A stretch of DNA of 64,000 nucleotides from Octopus vulgaris (GCA_951406725.2 OX597820.1:43028001-43092000), one strand, 5' to 3'; numbered from the stretch's first letter, positions 12,078 through 25,026 are shown. The notes: a model not told the origin generated them from the letters alone. Numbers and translations are program-made.

Positions 12078-12715
12078 TTTCTTTAACCTCACCGTCAGAT
12101 CATCACCCTTCTGCTAAAATTATATTTCTAACTCACTTTCTCTATATCACTAAATTCAACTAACTTACCACCACCACATCATCATTTCTCTCCCCTTCTC
12201 TCTCCCTTCTCCATTCTCTCTCTCTCTCTCGCTCTCTCTCTCTCTCACTTTCTCTCTCTCTCTCTTCTTTTCTTTAACCTCACCGTCAGATCATCACTCC
12301 TCTGCTTAAATTATATTTGTAACTCGCTTTCTCTATATCACTAACTTCAACTAACTTTTTTAACCAGGTAATATATATTACGCTCCCCCTATCACACGTC
12401 ATGGACGCTTCTCTCTCCCTTTTTCTCTCTCCCTCTTTACTGTTACCCTCTTTTTCTTTGTTTCTTTTTCTCTCTCCTTTTCCTTTCTCCCTCTTGATCT
12501 CTCCTTCCCTTCAATTAATCAGGGAAATTGTTACAATTACGTTTTCTCTACCTGACGTCATGAACGCTTCTGTCTCCCTCTTTTTCTCTCTCCCTTTTCT
12601 TTCTCCCTTTTTCTTTCTCCCTCTTTTTGCTCTCGATCTTCGCCTTTCCCTTAAACTAATCACGTGAAAGCGTTACGGACTAAGAAACGGAATGACATGC
12701 AGAATTATTATAAGA
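11544..12715 (-). mobile_element. Non-autonomous Helitron-like element with internal tandem duplications
   Basis: Minus strand begins TC (TCTTATAATAA) and ends CTAG, with subterminal hairpin CCCGTGAAA/TTTCACAGG (11553-11571), and sits between A and T. An internal unit of about 190 bp is duplicated (11978-12162 and 12163-12355). Confidence 0.7.
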
Positions 12716-12729
12716 TTTTTCCGTCGGTA

Positions 12730-12980
12730 AGACGCTGGATTTTGGTTTTGAACAATGAAGACAAAAGGCATGGAACAAATACCATAAGACATACTGCTCG
12801 ACAATTCAACAATTCCATCAATCCATCACCCCTTTACTGGTACTTTATTTATCGACCTTAAAGAAAATGAAAGGCTAAGTTTTCCTCGACAAGAATGAGC
12901 TCAGAATGCAGAACAAAAGAAAAAAGAATGAACGCTGCCATACATACTGTCTGAAGCCCTAACGATCGTGCTAATTCTAA
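12730..12980 (-). mobile_element. SINE-2, diverged
   Basis: CTGGTACTTTATTTATCGACC...GAGCTCAGAATG...AACGATCGTGCTAATTC matches the SINE-2 reverse complement. Confidence 0.55.
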
Positions 12981-14013
12981 AAGCTTATACACGCATTTAC
13001 CTTTAAACATCCACACACATCTGCAACTCACCATAGCATTAACTCAGTCCTTTGTTAAAAAAGAAAACAAAAAACCCACCTGTTCTATTTAAACCCAATA
13101 TCTCTAATACCGACGACTTTGCCAGATATTTTATACGCCTTTATTCTAAAACACGAAGACACATCTACAATACATAGGAACATTAAACTAGTTCATTTTT
13201 TTTTGGTTTAAAAATGGGGGACATCATTTAGCCCCTGTAAGCTTGACAAACGTAAACAGAAATAACAGTAATACCGATGTTCCAAATGGAATCCAAGCAG
13301 TATGCTCCTGTATGCGCAAACTATTATAAGTCCATGAGAATACCAACTGATACACCTGACGCTATCTATTATGCTTCCGTCCTTCTCTACAGTTGTACGA
13401 GACAACGAGAAAACACGAAAAAGGGCATAGGAACTAATACAACCCTCAACCAAATAACCCTAACACCATTCGCTCTGTAATCCCCACAGAAGAGAACTAC
13501 TCATTGAATAATATAGTTCTAGATATATTCTATCGGGAAAAAGAAAAAAAAACAGATTGTCATGAACGGAATAACTGACGATGAATCGTCACTCTTAACA
13601 AAGTTTAAGTGTGGTTCAACGAGAACATCAGGCACAGGGAAAGTAGGCGACTCCTTGTTTAATTGATTTTAGTTTTGAGTTGTTCGATAAAATATCTGGG
13701 ATAGCATTAAAAGCCTCGAACTTATATGTTTGTACATTGTATATCATTATAGCGAGTAAATTAATATTTGCACTCGCGATAAAACTTTTACAAATCTACT
13801 CGAAAATAGAAAGCTTTCACTTATCTATCACGATTATACATATATTTTCTTAAGAACTTAATAAAATTTCATTCATTTCTTTCATGTATATATCTATTCA
13901 AGTCAGGAGATTGAAGGAGAGGATATATATGCACAGATGTAACTGAACGTAACAGAATACACGAAAATCTTTAAACATTCATACGTACACTAATCTCTCT
14001 CTCTCTCTCTCTC

Positions 14014-14102
<89 letters not shown>

Positions 14103-14179
14103 TTCAAATTATTAGAAAAACAAAATACGAAGTAAACAGCAAAGCATCTACGAAATTATAAAAGAATTTATATACATAT

Positions 14180-14453
14180 TGTTGTATGGCGAAACGGTAC
14201 GCTCCTCCTGGTAAAATGTGGTAGTAGTTAGCCATTATAAATAGACCAGTAGCCGGTTGAGAGAAGAAGTCCAGAAGGCCGAAAGTACGTGTAGACTGCG
14301 TTGATAGTAGTGTCTCTGCTGATATAGTAATTGTATTGTGTTACTGAGTTGGACGTCATAACGTTCCACCCTTTTGATGATAATAACACTGTACGACTGG
14401 GAGTCGTACATTGCCAGATAGAAAAATTCTATCGACGACTTCGGAATATAACA
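14180..14453 (+). mobile_element. Probable solo LTR (274 bp)
   Basis: Begins TGTTGTA and ends TATAACA (6/7 inverted match), flanked by ATAT on both sides, with internal TATAAATA. Confidence 0.6.
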
Positions 14454-14619
14454 ATATCTATGAGAGCGACAACTGTTGTCAAAAGACAGATACAAGAGAG
14501 GCAAAAGACCACTTTACAACACACATACACACACGTATGTATGTATGTATGTATGTATGTATGTATGTATGTATGTATGAATGTAGATAGGTATATATAT
14601 ATATGTATATATATATATG

Positions 14620-14651
<32 letters not shown>

Positions 14652-14834
14652 CACAGTCACGCGACTGTATGGGAGAGTATATATGAACAAATGTAACTCT
14701 ACTTATATATGTGTGTGCGTATGTATTTGTATTTATGCATATGTATATGCATGTAGATAGATAGATTTGCATATACATATAAACAGATATAACAATAGTT
14801 ATATATGAATATCTATCCATACATACATCCATTC

Positions 14835-14889
<55 letters not shown>

Positions 14890-14964
14890 TGTATGTACGT
14901 ATGTATGCATGTGTATATGTATGCATGCATGTATGTATGCTTGCATGTATATATGTATGTATGA

Positions 14965-14995
<31 letters not shown>

Positions 14996-15700
14996 GATGG
15001 ATGGATGTATGTATGTATATATGTATGAATATATGTCTGTATGCATGTATGTATGGATGTATGTATGTATGCCTGTATGTATGTATGTATGTATGTATGC
15101 ATGTTGGTAAACGCACACACACATATTCATGCACAAATACATATACAGTTGATGTTGATGTATACAGATGATAAGGTAACAACTGAATTCCTGTTAACAA
15201 ACATGAATCTAACGAAGTATTCATTAAAACGTTTCCTTATTAACATCAGGATAAAAATTACAAGTTTAGGCGAATGTAATATAGGCAACTATTTTGTACG
15301 TAATCGACAGTGTTGATTCTGATGTTACTTTTTGTTTTGTCTTTTTCTTCTATCTTTTTGTATTCGGTGAATTATTCTTCAAGATACGATGCAAATATAA
15401 GGCCACCAGCATTCGCAACGAACCGCACTATGCCCAATGTGTGTTTGTGTGTGTCCGTGTGCACGGTCAAATGGTTAGATCCGCACACGTCACTACTCTT
15501 CCACCGGTATAAGATTTTCATTTAACGTTAATGAAAACTCATGTCACAATAACGAGACATGTGTATCTCGTTGGATTATAGACAGAAACGATTATGCAAC
15601 ACGAGTAACACTTTGAGTCTTCCTTGTTAGTATCTAGTGACAGGCAGAAACGCAGATGACAAAAATCATGTGAAACCACGGGTTTTAACATGGCAATTAA

Positions 15701-15758
15701 CCTCTATCCTACATGGTATAACACTCAAGCCTCTATCCTACATGGGATAACACTCAAG
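15701..15758 (+). repeat. 29-bp tandem duplication
   Basis: CCTCTATCCTACATGG(T/G)ATAACACTCAAG twice. Confidence 0.9.
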
Positions 15759-15880
15759 CTCACGTAGAGCGGGAAAGAATAATGATCGAGAAGTGGTGCC
15801 ACACTCACCAAAACTCTGGAAATCTTAAACCTACTACCGGTTGTAGTTTAAATTCATACCTCTTAAACACCCACACATGC

Positions 15881-15911
<31 letters not shown>

Positions 15912-16003
15912 CCGGGGTAAGCACATAAATATGAAACAAGGTGGAAAAAAGAGTACTCAAAAACCAGAGGTAGAGTAATATGCTTTATTTAAAAGCAGCA
16001 GAA

Positions 16004-16060
16004 ATGTAACAAAAGCTGCTACTCGGAGTTTCACGTTCCCTTTCGTCGGACAGTTTCGTT
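16004..16060 (-). ncRNA. Hammerhead motif, CCGACGA core, slightly degraded (family G)
   Basis: ACTGT-CCGACGA-AAG[GGAA]CGT-GAAAC-TCCGA-GTA-GCAGC; mismatches in stems I and II. Confidence 0.6.
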
Positions 16061-16323
16061 AAAATAGAACCGAAATAACAATTTGATCAAAACTAGCTAA
16101 ACGATACATCTTTAAAATTGTAAGATAGGTAGATACACCTTTAAAAATGCAAGATAGGTAGGTATACGGTGGGTCAGAGAAGACCGACATGTTTGAAGTG
16201 GCTATTACTCAGCCCCAGTGGGAGGGACATATGTCCGACAGGTACCATTCGGTCTGTGGCATCTTATCATTTTAAAGGTGTATCATTTAGCTAGTTTTGA
16301 TCAAATTGCTATTCCGGTTCTAT

Positions 16324-16382
16324 TGTAACAAAGCTGTCCGACGAACGGGAACGTGAAACTCCGAGTAACAGCTTTTGTTACA
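16324..16382 (+). ncRNA. Type-I hammerhead motif, CCGACGA core (family G)
   Basis: Stem I TGTAACAAAGCTGT/ACAGCTTTTGTTACA (14 bp, one bulge), core 16338-16344, stem II ACG[GGAA]CGT, GAA, stem III ACTC-C-GAGT, GUA triplet ending at 16367. Confidence 0.8.
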
Positions 16383-16398
16383 TTTCTGCTGCTTTTAA

Positions 16399-16480
<82 letters not shown>

Positions 16481-16900
16481 GAGATGTCAATAAATATAGA
16501 ATTATTCTAATGCAAAACATATTTTGCTGTATCTGTTTTAATCGTTAAACACATTGAAAAATAGTTTCCAAGAGAGAAAGGCACTTACTGAACCAGAGGA
16601 TAAATGTATGGATTTATATAGTGACCGATTGGTGCAGTTACGTACACAAAGAAATAGATGTAATTAGATTGATAGAAAAATAGATAGGCATATCGATAAA
16701 TAGACAGTTAGATAGACAGACATGCAGACAGGTAGATAGGCAGACAGACACCAGTCATACTGAAAGACAGATACATAGATCGATAAAGAGATGGTCTAAC
16801 AAGCATACAGTTTGAAAAGTAAGTGGAAAGGACTGTATGTAAACGAATTAAGGTTGGTGGTTTGATCAATACGCAAATATTTATATGCATAGCTAACTAA

Positions 16901-17024
16901 CAAGATAGGTAGGAACAAGGTGGGGCAGAGAAGACCGATATTTTTGAAATGGCTATTACTCAGCTCCAGTGGAAGGGACATATGTCCGACAAATACCATT
17001 CGGTCCGTGGCATCTTATCATTTT
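16901..17024 (+). repeat. Direct copy of the palindrome spacer 16150-16273
   Basis: CAAGATAGGTAGG...GGCTATTACTCAG...GGGACATATGTCCGACA...GTGGCATCTTATCATTTT is present at both sites. Confidence 0.88.
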
Positions 17025-17109
17025 TTTCTTTTCAGGTGAAGCCATGACATTTTGGACGTTAGAGTATCGCGTGTCTGCCTACGGCAGTTATGTATAGTTT
17101 AGCGAGTTT

Positions 17110-17822
17110 GTCACAGCAGTTCATCTCAATGGCATGGTGGATCAACAGAACTGACGTTATTGGGATCTTGAAAATCTGAGAGAATTGCACAAAAACCACT
17201 GCACAGTCAAAACTGACCGTATGGAATGCTGCTAGAAAAGCTACCGTCATTGGTCCTTAGTTTTTTGAAGACAGTAATTGAAATGCTGTTACTGTGAACT
17301 CAGATCGTTAACATCGAGATGATAAACAACTTCTTTGTGCATAAATTACTACGAAAATGTGTCTATTCGACGTGTGTGTTTTCAGCAGGGTGAGGCGAAA
17401 GCTCACACAGCCAGAGCATCAATAGACGTTCTTCGCCCTCTCTTCAGTGACCGCCTCATTTCTAAGTGTCATACAAGTGACATTCCTAGGCTCGCTCAGT
17501 CCTCTGATTTGTCCATGTGTGATTACGTCTTGTGGAGAGACATCAAGATACGTTTGTATGAATATAAGCCCTGTACACTGGACGATTTAAAGGAAGCTAT
17601 TCGCGTGGAAGTCACCCAAATCGGCAGAGCAATGCTGGAGATGCCACAGTGGAAATGCCACAGTGGAAACGGTCACCACATGATAGATCTTGTTTACCAC
17701 ATTTGATTTTGACAAAAGCTAATTCAATACAAACACATTGACGTCAATAAAATTTGTTTGCCGTTAATATTAAGGATGTGGTGAATTTTTCAAAATCGTC
17801 CGTCCTCTCTGCGGCACCTTGA
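17110..17822 (+). pseudogene. Decayed Tc1/mariner-superfamily transposase (catalytic domain) with probable right end
   Basis: Translations PLHSQKLTVW, VIGP*FFE, VTVNSDR, CFQQGEAKAHTA and SSDLSMCDYVLW correspond to the WFQQDGAPAH and SPDLNPCDFFLW motifs. Stops and frameshifts are present. Confidence 0.85.
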
Positions 17823-17890
17823 AGATACATACATACATACATACATACATACATACATACATACATACATACATACATACATACATACAT

Positions 17891-18112
17891 TTCTATGTCC
17901 CCGCGCATGATACAGCCTTAAGACATTTATTGGGTGGCCGTTGACTCTCAAGAGTTCCTTCGCCCTTTGATGGGTTTTGTTTTTCATCCCTCAATAAACA
18001 CCCTTCTCGCCAAACAAGCTTAGTGGGGTTGGCGGTTTAGTCGCCGACGATACGACCATGCAACAGGTTGTACTGGGTTACATGTTACCAGTAGCACTCG
18101 AAAGTGACCTGA
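17891..18112. mobile_element. Unclassified 220-bp element embedded in (ACAT)n
   Basis: Complex, GC-richer block bounded on both sides by (ACAT)n; contains hairpin GTTGGCGG-TTTAG-TCGCCGAC. Confidence 0.5.
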
Positions 18113-18181
18113 CATACACACATACATACATACATACATACATACATAATACATACATACATACATACATACATACATACA

Positions 18182-18213
<32 letters not shown>

Positions 18214-18615
18214 CACATACATACTTCCTTAGATTATCAAGCAAAAACGGTAGACATCACATATTTGATGGATAAGTTTTTATCGTTCAACAGCAATATT
18301 TTATTGTACACTGAAATCCACATTGAGCTTCTTGAGTAAGCTGGACACATGAAAATATAGCGTCTACTTTGCAGGTTATGAATGCAATAACAAACACATT
18401 TATTCAATTATCTATCTATTTATCAACGTACAGATCTATTCATATATCTGTACATCTCTGTGTCGCTCCAACTTAACATCTACCACTGTCTGATGCTTCC
18501 CCCGTAAATATATATAAGTATTAAACCCTTTCCCAAAGCAATAATACAGTAATGTCTGTAAAACTATTTTTTATGATTTTCGTACTTTTTCATATCTATT
18601 GATACATATATGCAT

Positions 18616-18660
<45 letters not shown>

Positions 18661-19589
18661 CATATACATATATATATATATATACATACATATATATATA
18701 TATACATATATATATACATATACACACACACACACATAAATATATATACATATATATATATATACATACACAAATATATATGTGTATTTATATATATATG
18801 AATACATATATATACATACTCACATATATATAGAGAGATAGTAGATAGATAGGTAGATAGATAGATACAAACATACATAAATACACACACACACACATAC
18901 ATACATAATACATACATACATAGATACATACATACATACATGCATACATACATACATACATACATACATACATACATACATACATACATACATACATTCA
19001 TACATACATATTTGTCTATCAGATTGTCGTAATATTATAAATCACATTTAGCATCAACGACGCCAAGCTCAAATTTGAAACATTTTGCTAAACACCAATG
19101 CGTGTGCATGCATATACGTTAGTGTGTGTGTGTATCTGTGTGTGAGTGGGTGTCTGTGTGTACGTCTTTATACATACATACCCACACTCACACAGAGGAA
19201 AGCATTATGTGTGTGTGTGCGCGTGTGTGTGTGCATATGTGGGCATGTGTGTGTGTGTGTACATATATACGCCACATGTATATAAAGTTACGCAGTGTAG
19301 CCGCATTAAGCGTTTTTCTATTCAGCTACGAAGAATAAACCATATAATGAGTGCGAGCTTCATGTTCTCCAAGCTAAATTCCTAGTAGAATTATAGATTT
19401 GTAATATCAACTCATAAAACAGGTGTTATTGCTGTGAAGCATGTTCGCTGCCGTCAGGGAACCTGTATATACCTAGTAATAAAATGTTTAGTTACAGTGA
19501 GAAAATATAAGAGTAATTTTTTAGGGGTATGCTCCCTCGTGTGTTCGTAGTATTTTTTTATGGTACCGTATAACATATAAGGATTTCTG

Positions 19590-19795
19590 TTTTAGGCACA
19601 CACACCCTGAAATTTGGAGGACAAGCTAGTCGGTAATATCAGTCGCAATACTTAGGTTGTACTTATTTTATTGACCCCGAAAGTATGAAAAGTAGAATCA
19701 ATCCCGCAGGAATTTGATTTCAGAACGTTAAGAACGGACGAAAAGTCGATCAGCATTTTACTCGGAGCACTAATGATTCTGTCAGCTTCCCATCT
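19590..19795 (-). mobile_element. SINE-2, diverged
   Basis: GTACTTATTTTATTGACCCCGAAAGTATGAAAAG...GAATTTGATTTCAGAACGT...GATTCTGTCAGCT. Confidence 0.7.
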
Positions 19796-20249
19796 TATTG
19801 TGAAAGAAAGGATAATGAACATAATTAATAATAGAGGAAGGTGAAAAGCCAAAAAATAAAATAAAACAAAACAAAAAAAGAAAGAAAATGAAGGACTAAG
19901 AAGATAAGGGGTCGGAGGTCAAAGCAAGATTTGGAAAAAGATGCACTCGGGACGTAAATATATATATATATATATATTTATATACGAACACTGACAAATT
20001 TAAAATGGGTATAAGAAAGTGAAAATTTATTGAGCGAGAGAGTGACACAATTTCACGTTTAGGAGAGATGGCAAAACACATTTACTAAACTGCAAGTTTG
20101 ATGCATTGGATAAGATGCATTCATCCCACAACTAAAAACAAAATAAATGAAATGTGATGATCCTGACCCGCACGACCTTTGATCATTAGTGAACTCCATC
20201 AAAGTCGACTCTATATATAAAGCTTTGTAACATAGAAAACAAAACATAC

Positions 20250-20790
20250 ATTTGCAGGGAGATTTTGCGAAAAAAAAACAACAAAAGACGAAGACAGGTG
20301 GTGTACAAAACAAACAGATGCATAAGTATAACGCTCAGGAAAAGAGAAAACGTATTCTACGTTTCGAACCTACGCTCTTCTACAGAAAAAACAAGGAGAG
20401 AAACAAGGAGAGAAAAAAATGTGTGTAGTGGCTAACGATCTATCATGGCAACTAGTGCCGGACAGAAGGGTCAAACACAGGAAGAAAAGTAGGGGAGATA
20501 ACAAGGTAAAGATTACCCCCAACACAAAGGTGCGTGTGTATATAAGAGAGTATGTATGTGCGTGTGAAAGAGGGCTGGTGGTCTGGACGTGTGCGTGTAT
20601 GCATGTGTAGGTGTGAAGATGTGGAGATGGGTGTGTGGGTGGTGTGTTGTGATGTGATGTGTAATGTTGTATGGTGTAGCGTGGTGTGGTGTGATGTTTT
20701 GGGAAGGTGGGGGAGGTGGGGGAGGCGAGAGTAGGGAAAGCACGGGTGGGATGTGGATTCGGCTGGGGGTTGGGGTAGAGTGGGGGTTTG
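20250..20790 (-). mobile_element. Hammerhead-bearing repeat (family C), long form
   Basis: About 20255-20420 is the reverse complement of 44520-44692; it continues into a GT/G-rich body whose far edge is uncertain. Confidence 0.65.
20355..20389 (-). ncRNA. Hammerhead-like motif, CUGUAGA core (family C)
   Basis: TTT-CTGTAGA-A-GAGC[GTAG]GTTC-GAAAC-GTA-GAA. Confidence 0.55.
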
Positions 20791-21869
20791 TGGCTAGGCA
20801 GACATTTGCATCTGTCTAAAATACATTACGCGTCCAAATATCGATATTGACATCACATACAGCACAGCAATTGTGACACAGGTTACACAAAAACACCTCT
20901 CACTTAAGAGGGTTGACGATGGACTTTTGTAAGGGAGAGAAATAAAAACCTGATTTTCATGGAGAGCCATAGCCTCAAGCGTACTTACAGACACGAGGAT
21001 GAAATCGTTTGAAAGTAGTAGCCCTTTAGATATATTTGTGTTTCATGAACTTATTAAAAGTTAATACATTATCTTCGCGACGTTAAGTGCGTATTTCTTG
21101 ATCAACGGTAATTCTCCAGCTAAGCAAAGACTATTTGAACACCTGTAGTCCATAAACGTATGTGTTTCATCTTTATAGTTGTACATATTATGTTTATGTT
21201 AGTATATTTACTTACATATTCGCAGTTATATATTTATGAATAATTTATGCCAATATGTATTAGAAAATAAAATTTAGAATTTCATTGTACATATTATTAT
21301 ATTTCACATATTTCGTACATATTCTCAGATGAAATAATCGATTCATATCAACATCACAATTCATAACACACTCACAGAACACACATAAATATATCGTATA
21401 TATGTATTCGTCTACGTATTTATGTATATTAAGCATTTATGTGTGCAAGTAAGTATTTATGTCTACAGATATATGCAATTCTTCACCTGAGTATCTTTAT
21501 AGCATAGATTGCTTATGTGCATTATGTTTATAATGGTAATATACATACATTCATTTATATGTATAGACACACGCACACACGCACACACACACACACATAC
21601 ACATATATATATATAGACAGATAGATATACATATGTATATATATAGATATATATACACACATACACACACATATATACATACATATATATACATATACAT
21701 ACAAAACCATATATAATTACATAAGTACATATATATATAAATACGTATATATACGCAAATCTATATATACATACATATACTTACATATATATATATATAT
21801 ATATAATATATAATACATATATACATACATACATATATACGTATGTGTATGTACATATATAAAATATAT

Positions 21870-21903
<34 letters not shown>

Positions 21904-22438
21904 TATACTCACACACACACATACATATATATAATTGCTCACATCCGGTGAGTGCACACTCATACGTGTATGTGTGTGTATGTGCGCGTGTTTGTGTGGT
22001 GTGCGTGTGTGTAAATATACATGTATGTATATGTGTATAACGTAAATGTTAATTCTATTTGCTATCTATAGTAGCCGTCTTAGACATGTTAAATGGAATC
22101 TCAAAGGAAAACTAATAGAATGTAGTGAACAGTTGATGGGAAAGAATTGTTTCTTCAGAGTTTCTGTATCTAGAGTTCCAAGAAGTAATATTCGTTTTAT
22201 ACAAATCAAGTGTTGATGAAGAGATAGAAATGGGATTCGATAGGTGTTAATCGTTCTACCTAGTACCGAGGAACTCCTTATGATTGCACAGTTAACAAAT
22301 ATGGAGAAAAAAAAAAGAAAAAAAAATGATGTAGGAATTATGGGTATTCAACATATTTATTAAACACCTTACAAACTGAGTTTTAAATTAAATATATCGA
22401 TTCGTATTTAAAGAGATATAAACGCCATCGACATCACA

Positions 22439-22494
<56 letters not shown>

Positions 22495-22495
22495 A

Positions 22496-22527
<32 letters not shown>

Positions 22528-22872
22528 CACCACCACCATACCACCACCACTACTATTACTAACACAACTATTACTAATGTATGTTATGAAACAACTGACC
22601 GCTTCCACTCTGTATTGATAGGCACATAATCAGCTTATGCGAAACAGGGCTCATTGAACACACACGGAAACACACGCAACTTACACCCACACACACATAT
22701 ACACATTTAGCATGGGGCACATAGAGAGGTATCTCTGTACCCATCAAAAGTGTATGTGTATGCATGCATATTTAAATGTAAGCGTGTTGGCATATATATT
22801 CTCGTATATTCCATCTTCTGTCTTTAATTTGTTATTATATATATAAATATATATATGCATATATATACATAC

Positions 22873-22918
<46 letters not shown>

Positions 22919-22996
22919 GCATACATATGCATTTTTGCGTAATGAGATAAAAAAAAACCAAGGCTGTATAGATATTAGAGCATTTATAGATAGAAG

Positions 22997-23048
22997 GTCT
23001 TACAACTGTTTCTAGGATATTAAGTAATAATATCCCTTCATCGGAGAC
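22997..23048 (-). ncRNA. Minimal hammerhead motif, CCGAUGA core (family D)
   Basis: GTCT-CCGATGA-AG-GGATATT[ATTACTT]AATATCC-TA-GAAAC-AGTT-GTA-AGAC. Stem I GTCT/AGAC; stem III is near-palindromic ACAGTTGT. Confidence 0.7.
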
Positions 23049-23135
23049 GGTGTGAGATGAATACATATATATATATATATATATGCATACATATATATAT
23101 TTATTTATATCTACATATATATAAACATATATATG

Positions 23136-23190
<55 letters not shown>

Positions 23191-24214
23191 GTGTACACAT
23201 GAATATGTGTACGCAGATATATGCATTTTTATATATCTGAATATATTTATGCGCTTTTTTGTGTATTGAAAATGTAATAAAAAAAGACAATGAACTAATA
23301 TCTTCAGACATGTTTATTGCAGAATTATTCACATTCGATTAATATTAGATTCAAATCCGAGAAGTGTTTCTGCTGCATACTTGGTGTAGCAGGTGAGTGA
23401 AGAAAAATGAGGAAGTAAGAGTTAGATAGTTCTTATATACTTCAAGAATGACTGCCATCTTAATTTGTCAGTTCACTTCAGCCAGCTGCATGGGTATAAC
23501 TGTGAACAAAGCTGCATAGGTATGCCTAGCCTGGTTAAATATCTATTGCAACATAACCCACTAAATAATCAGTATTTCAAGATGTACAATTCTGCATTGT
23601 TCTTCATGTTGTCTTGATTATATACTCTGTATGTTGTATAAAATCCAATGAAGCGAATAAGGATTTACTTATTCAGTGAAGTACCGTGTAAATGTTTATC
23701 TTAAACAACTGTAACATGTTTACTATAAATCGGTGTGGCGAGCCAGAAAAATGGATTGTATCAGAGTGGTAAGAAGGTACCTGCCCGGATAACAAATCCC
23801 TATTAAGTGAATTAAAAAATTAATATAATATATATAATAGGTTTTTCTACCTATTATATACGTTATATTATTTTTGTAATTTACTTAATCTTTACTTTTT
23901 AATTGTTATTTTAATTTTAACTTTTCTATTATATGTAATTTTCTAGATGGTGCAATTTAATTATTCATTTTGAATTGATAAAAGGTGGGTTTTTTTCTAA
24001 TATTTTATATATATATTATATTGTATGGAATTTGATGTAGCATTTCTAAATTGAATTCTTTTACCTTGTAAGTTTGGATTTCATTCCCTCAAATAATAAT
24101 TATTATATATATATATATATATATGTATGTGAACGTTTAAAATGCATTTATATTTATATTGGTATTTATGTATGTATATGTAAAGATTTACATATACATG
24201 TGCGTTCGTGTGTT

Positions 24215-24287
<73 letters not shown>

Positions 24288-24970
24288 CCGTATGAACATT
24301 ATAATAATGCTGAAATACTCAGTTACTCACACTGTAAATCAATGACTGAGTAGTTTTGTTGAGTGGGTCTTCAGTATTCTCACATGTGAAAATGTCTGAT
24401 TTTTTTTCTGATTTCTTTCAAGAGTGGTTCTTATCGCTGATGCTATATCGCTATCTGTTTCAGTCTTCGGACTGCCTCCATGCTGATATACCACTATGGA
24501 GGATTCAACTGAAAAAAATCTGCCACAGTATTTATTATATATATATGGTACTTATTATATCGGACTCTTTCAATGAACTGTTAGGCACGGGGACATAAAG
24601 TAACTTTGATTGTCAAGCGGTTGGGTAAACAGAGCACAAACAAAAAGACACATTCATGTGTATATATAAATACACATACACACACAAACACAGATATATA
24701 TATATGTGTGTGTGTGTGCGTGTGTACATGTGTGTGTGTTACTGAGTGTGAGTAGGAATATATATATACATATGTGTGTGTGTTTGTGTACACATATGTA
24801 TATACATACATATATACATACATATATATAAAATTAATTGTTATCGCCATATTAATATTATTATTCTTATTTCTATAAGAATGCCTTATTAATATGGCGA
24901 TAACAATTAATTTCCAGTAAACGCTGCTGCAATCTCTATTATAGAGAATTCGTAATTTTAATATTTCTAT

Positions 24971-25026
<56 letters not shown>

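Larger units (their letters stand above)
15911..16403. mobile_element. Palindromic hammerhead-bearing element (family G) with Penelope-like inverted arms and a one-sided extension
   Basis: Arms at about 15984-16126 and 16261-16403 are inverted copies. The extension 15911-15983 is on one side only. Inserted in (TA)n; relatives at 52811 and 57594. Confidence 0.85.

Noticed and set aside
15645-15690. CAGATGA...GTGAAACCACGGGTT hammerhead-like string
   Set aside because: Core mismatch, negligible stem II and no stem I.
20985-21115. Minus-strand segment between a CAG and GTAAGT
   Set aside because: Stops in all three frames and a weak acceptor.
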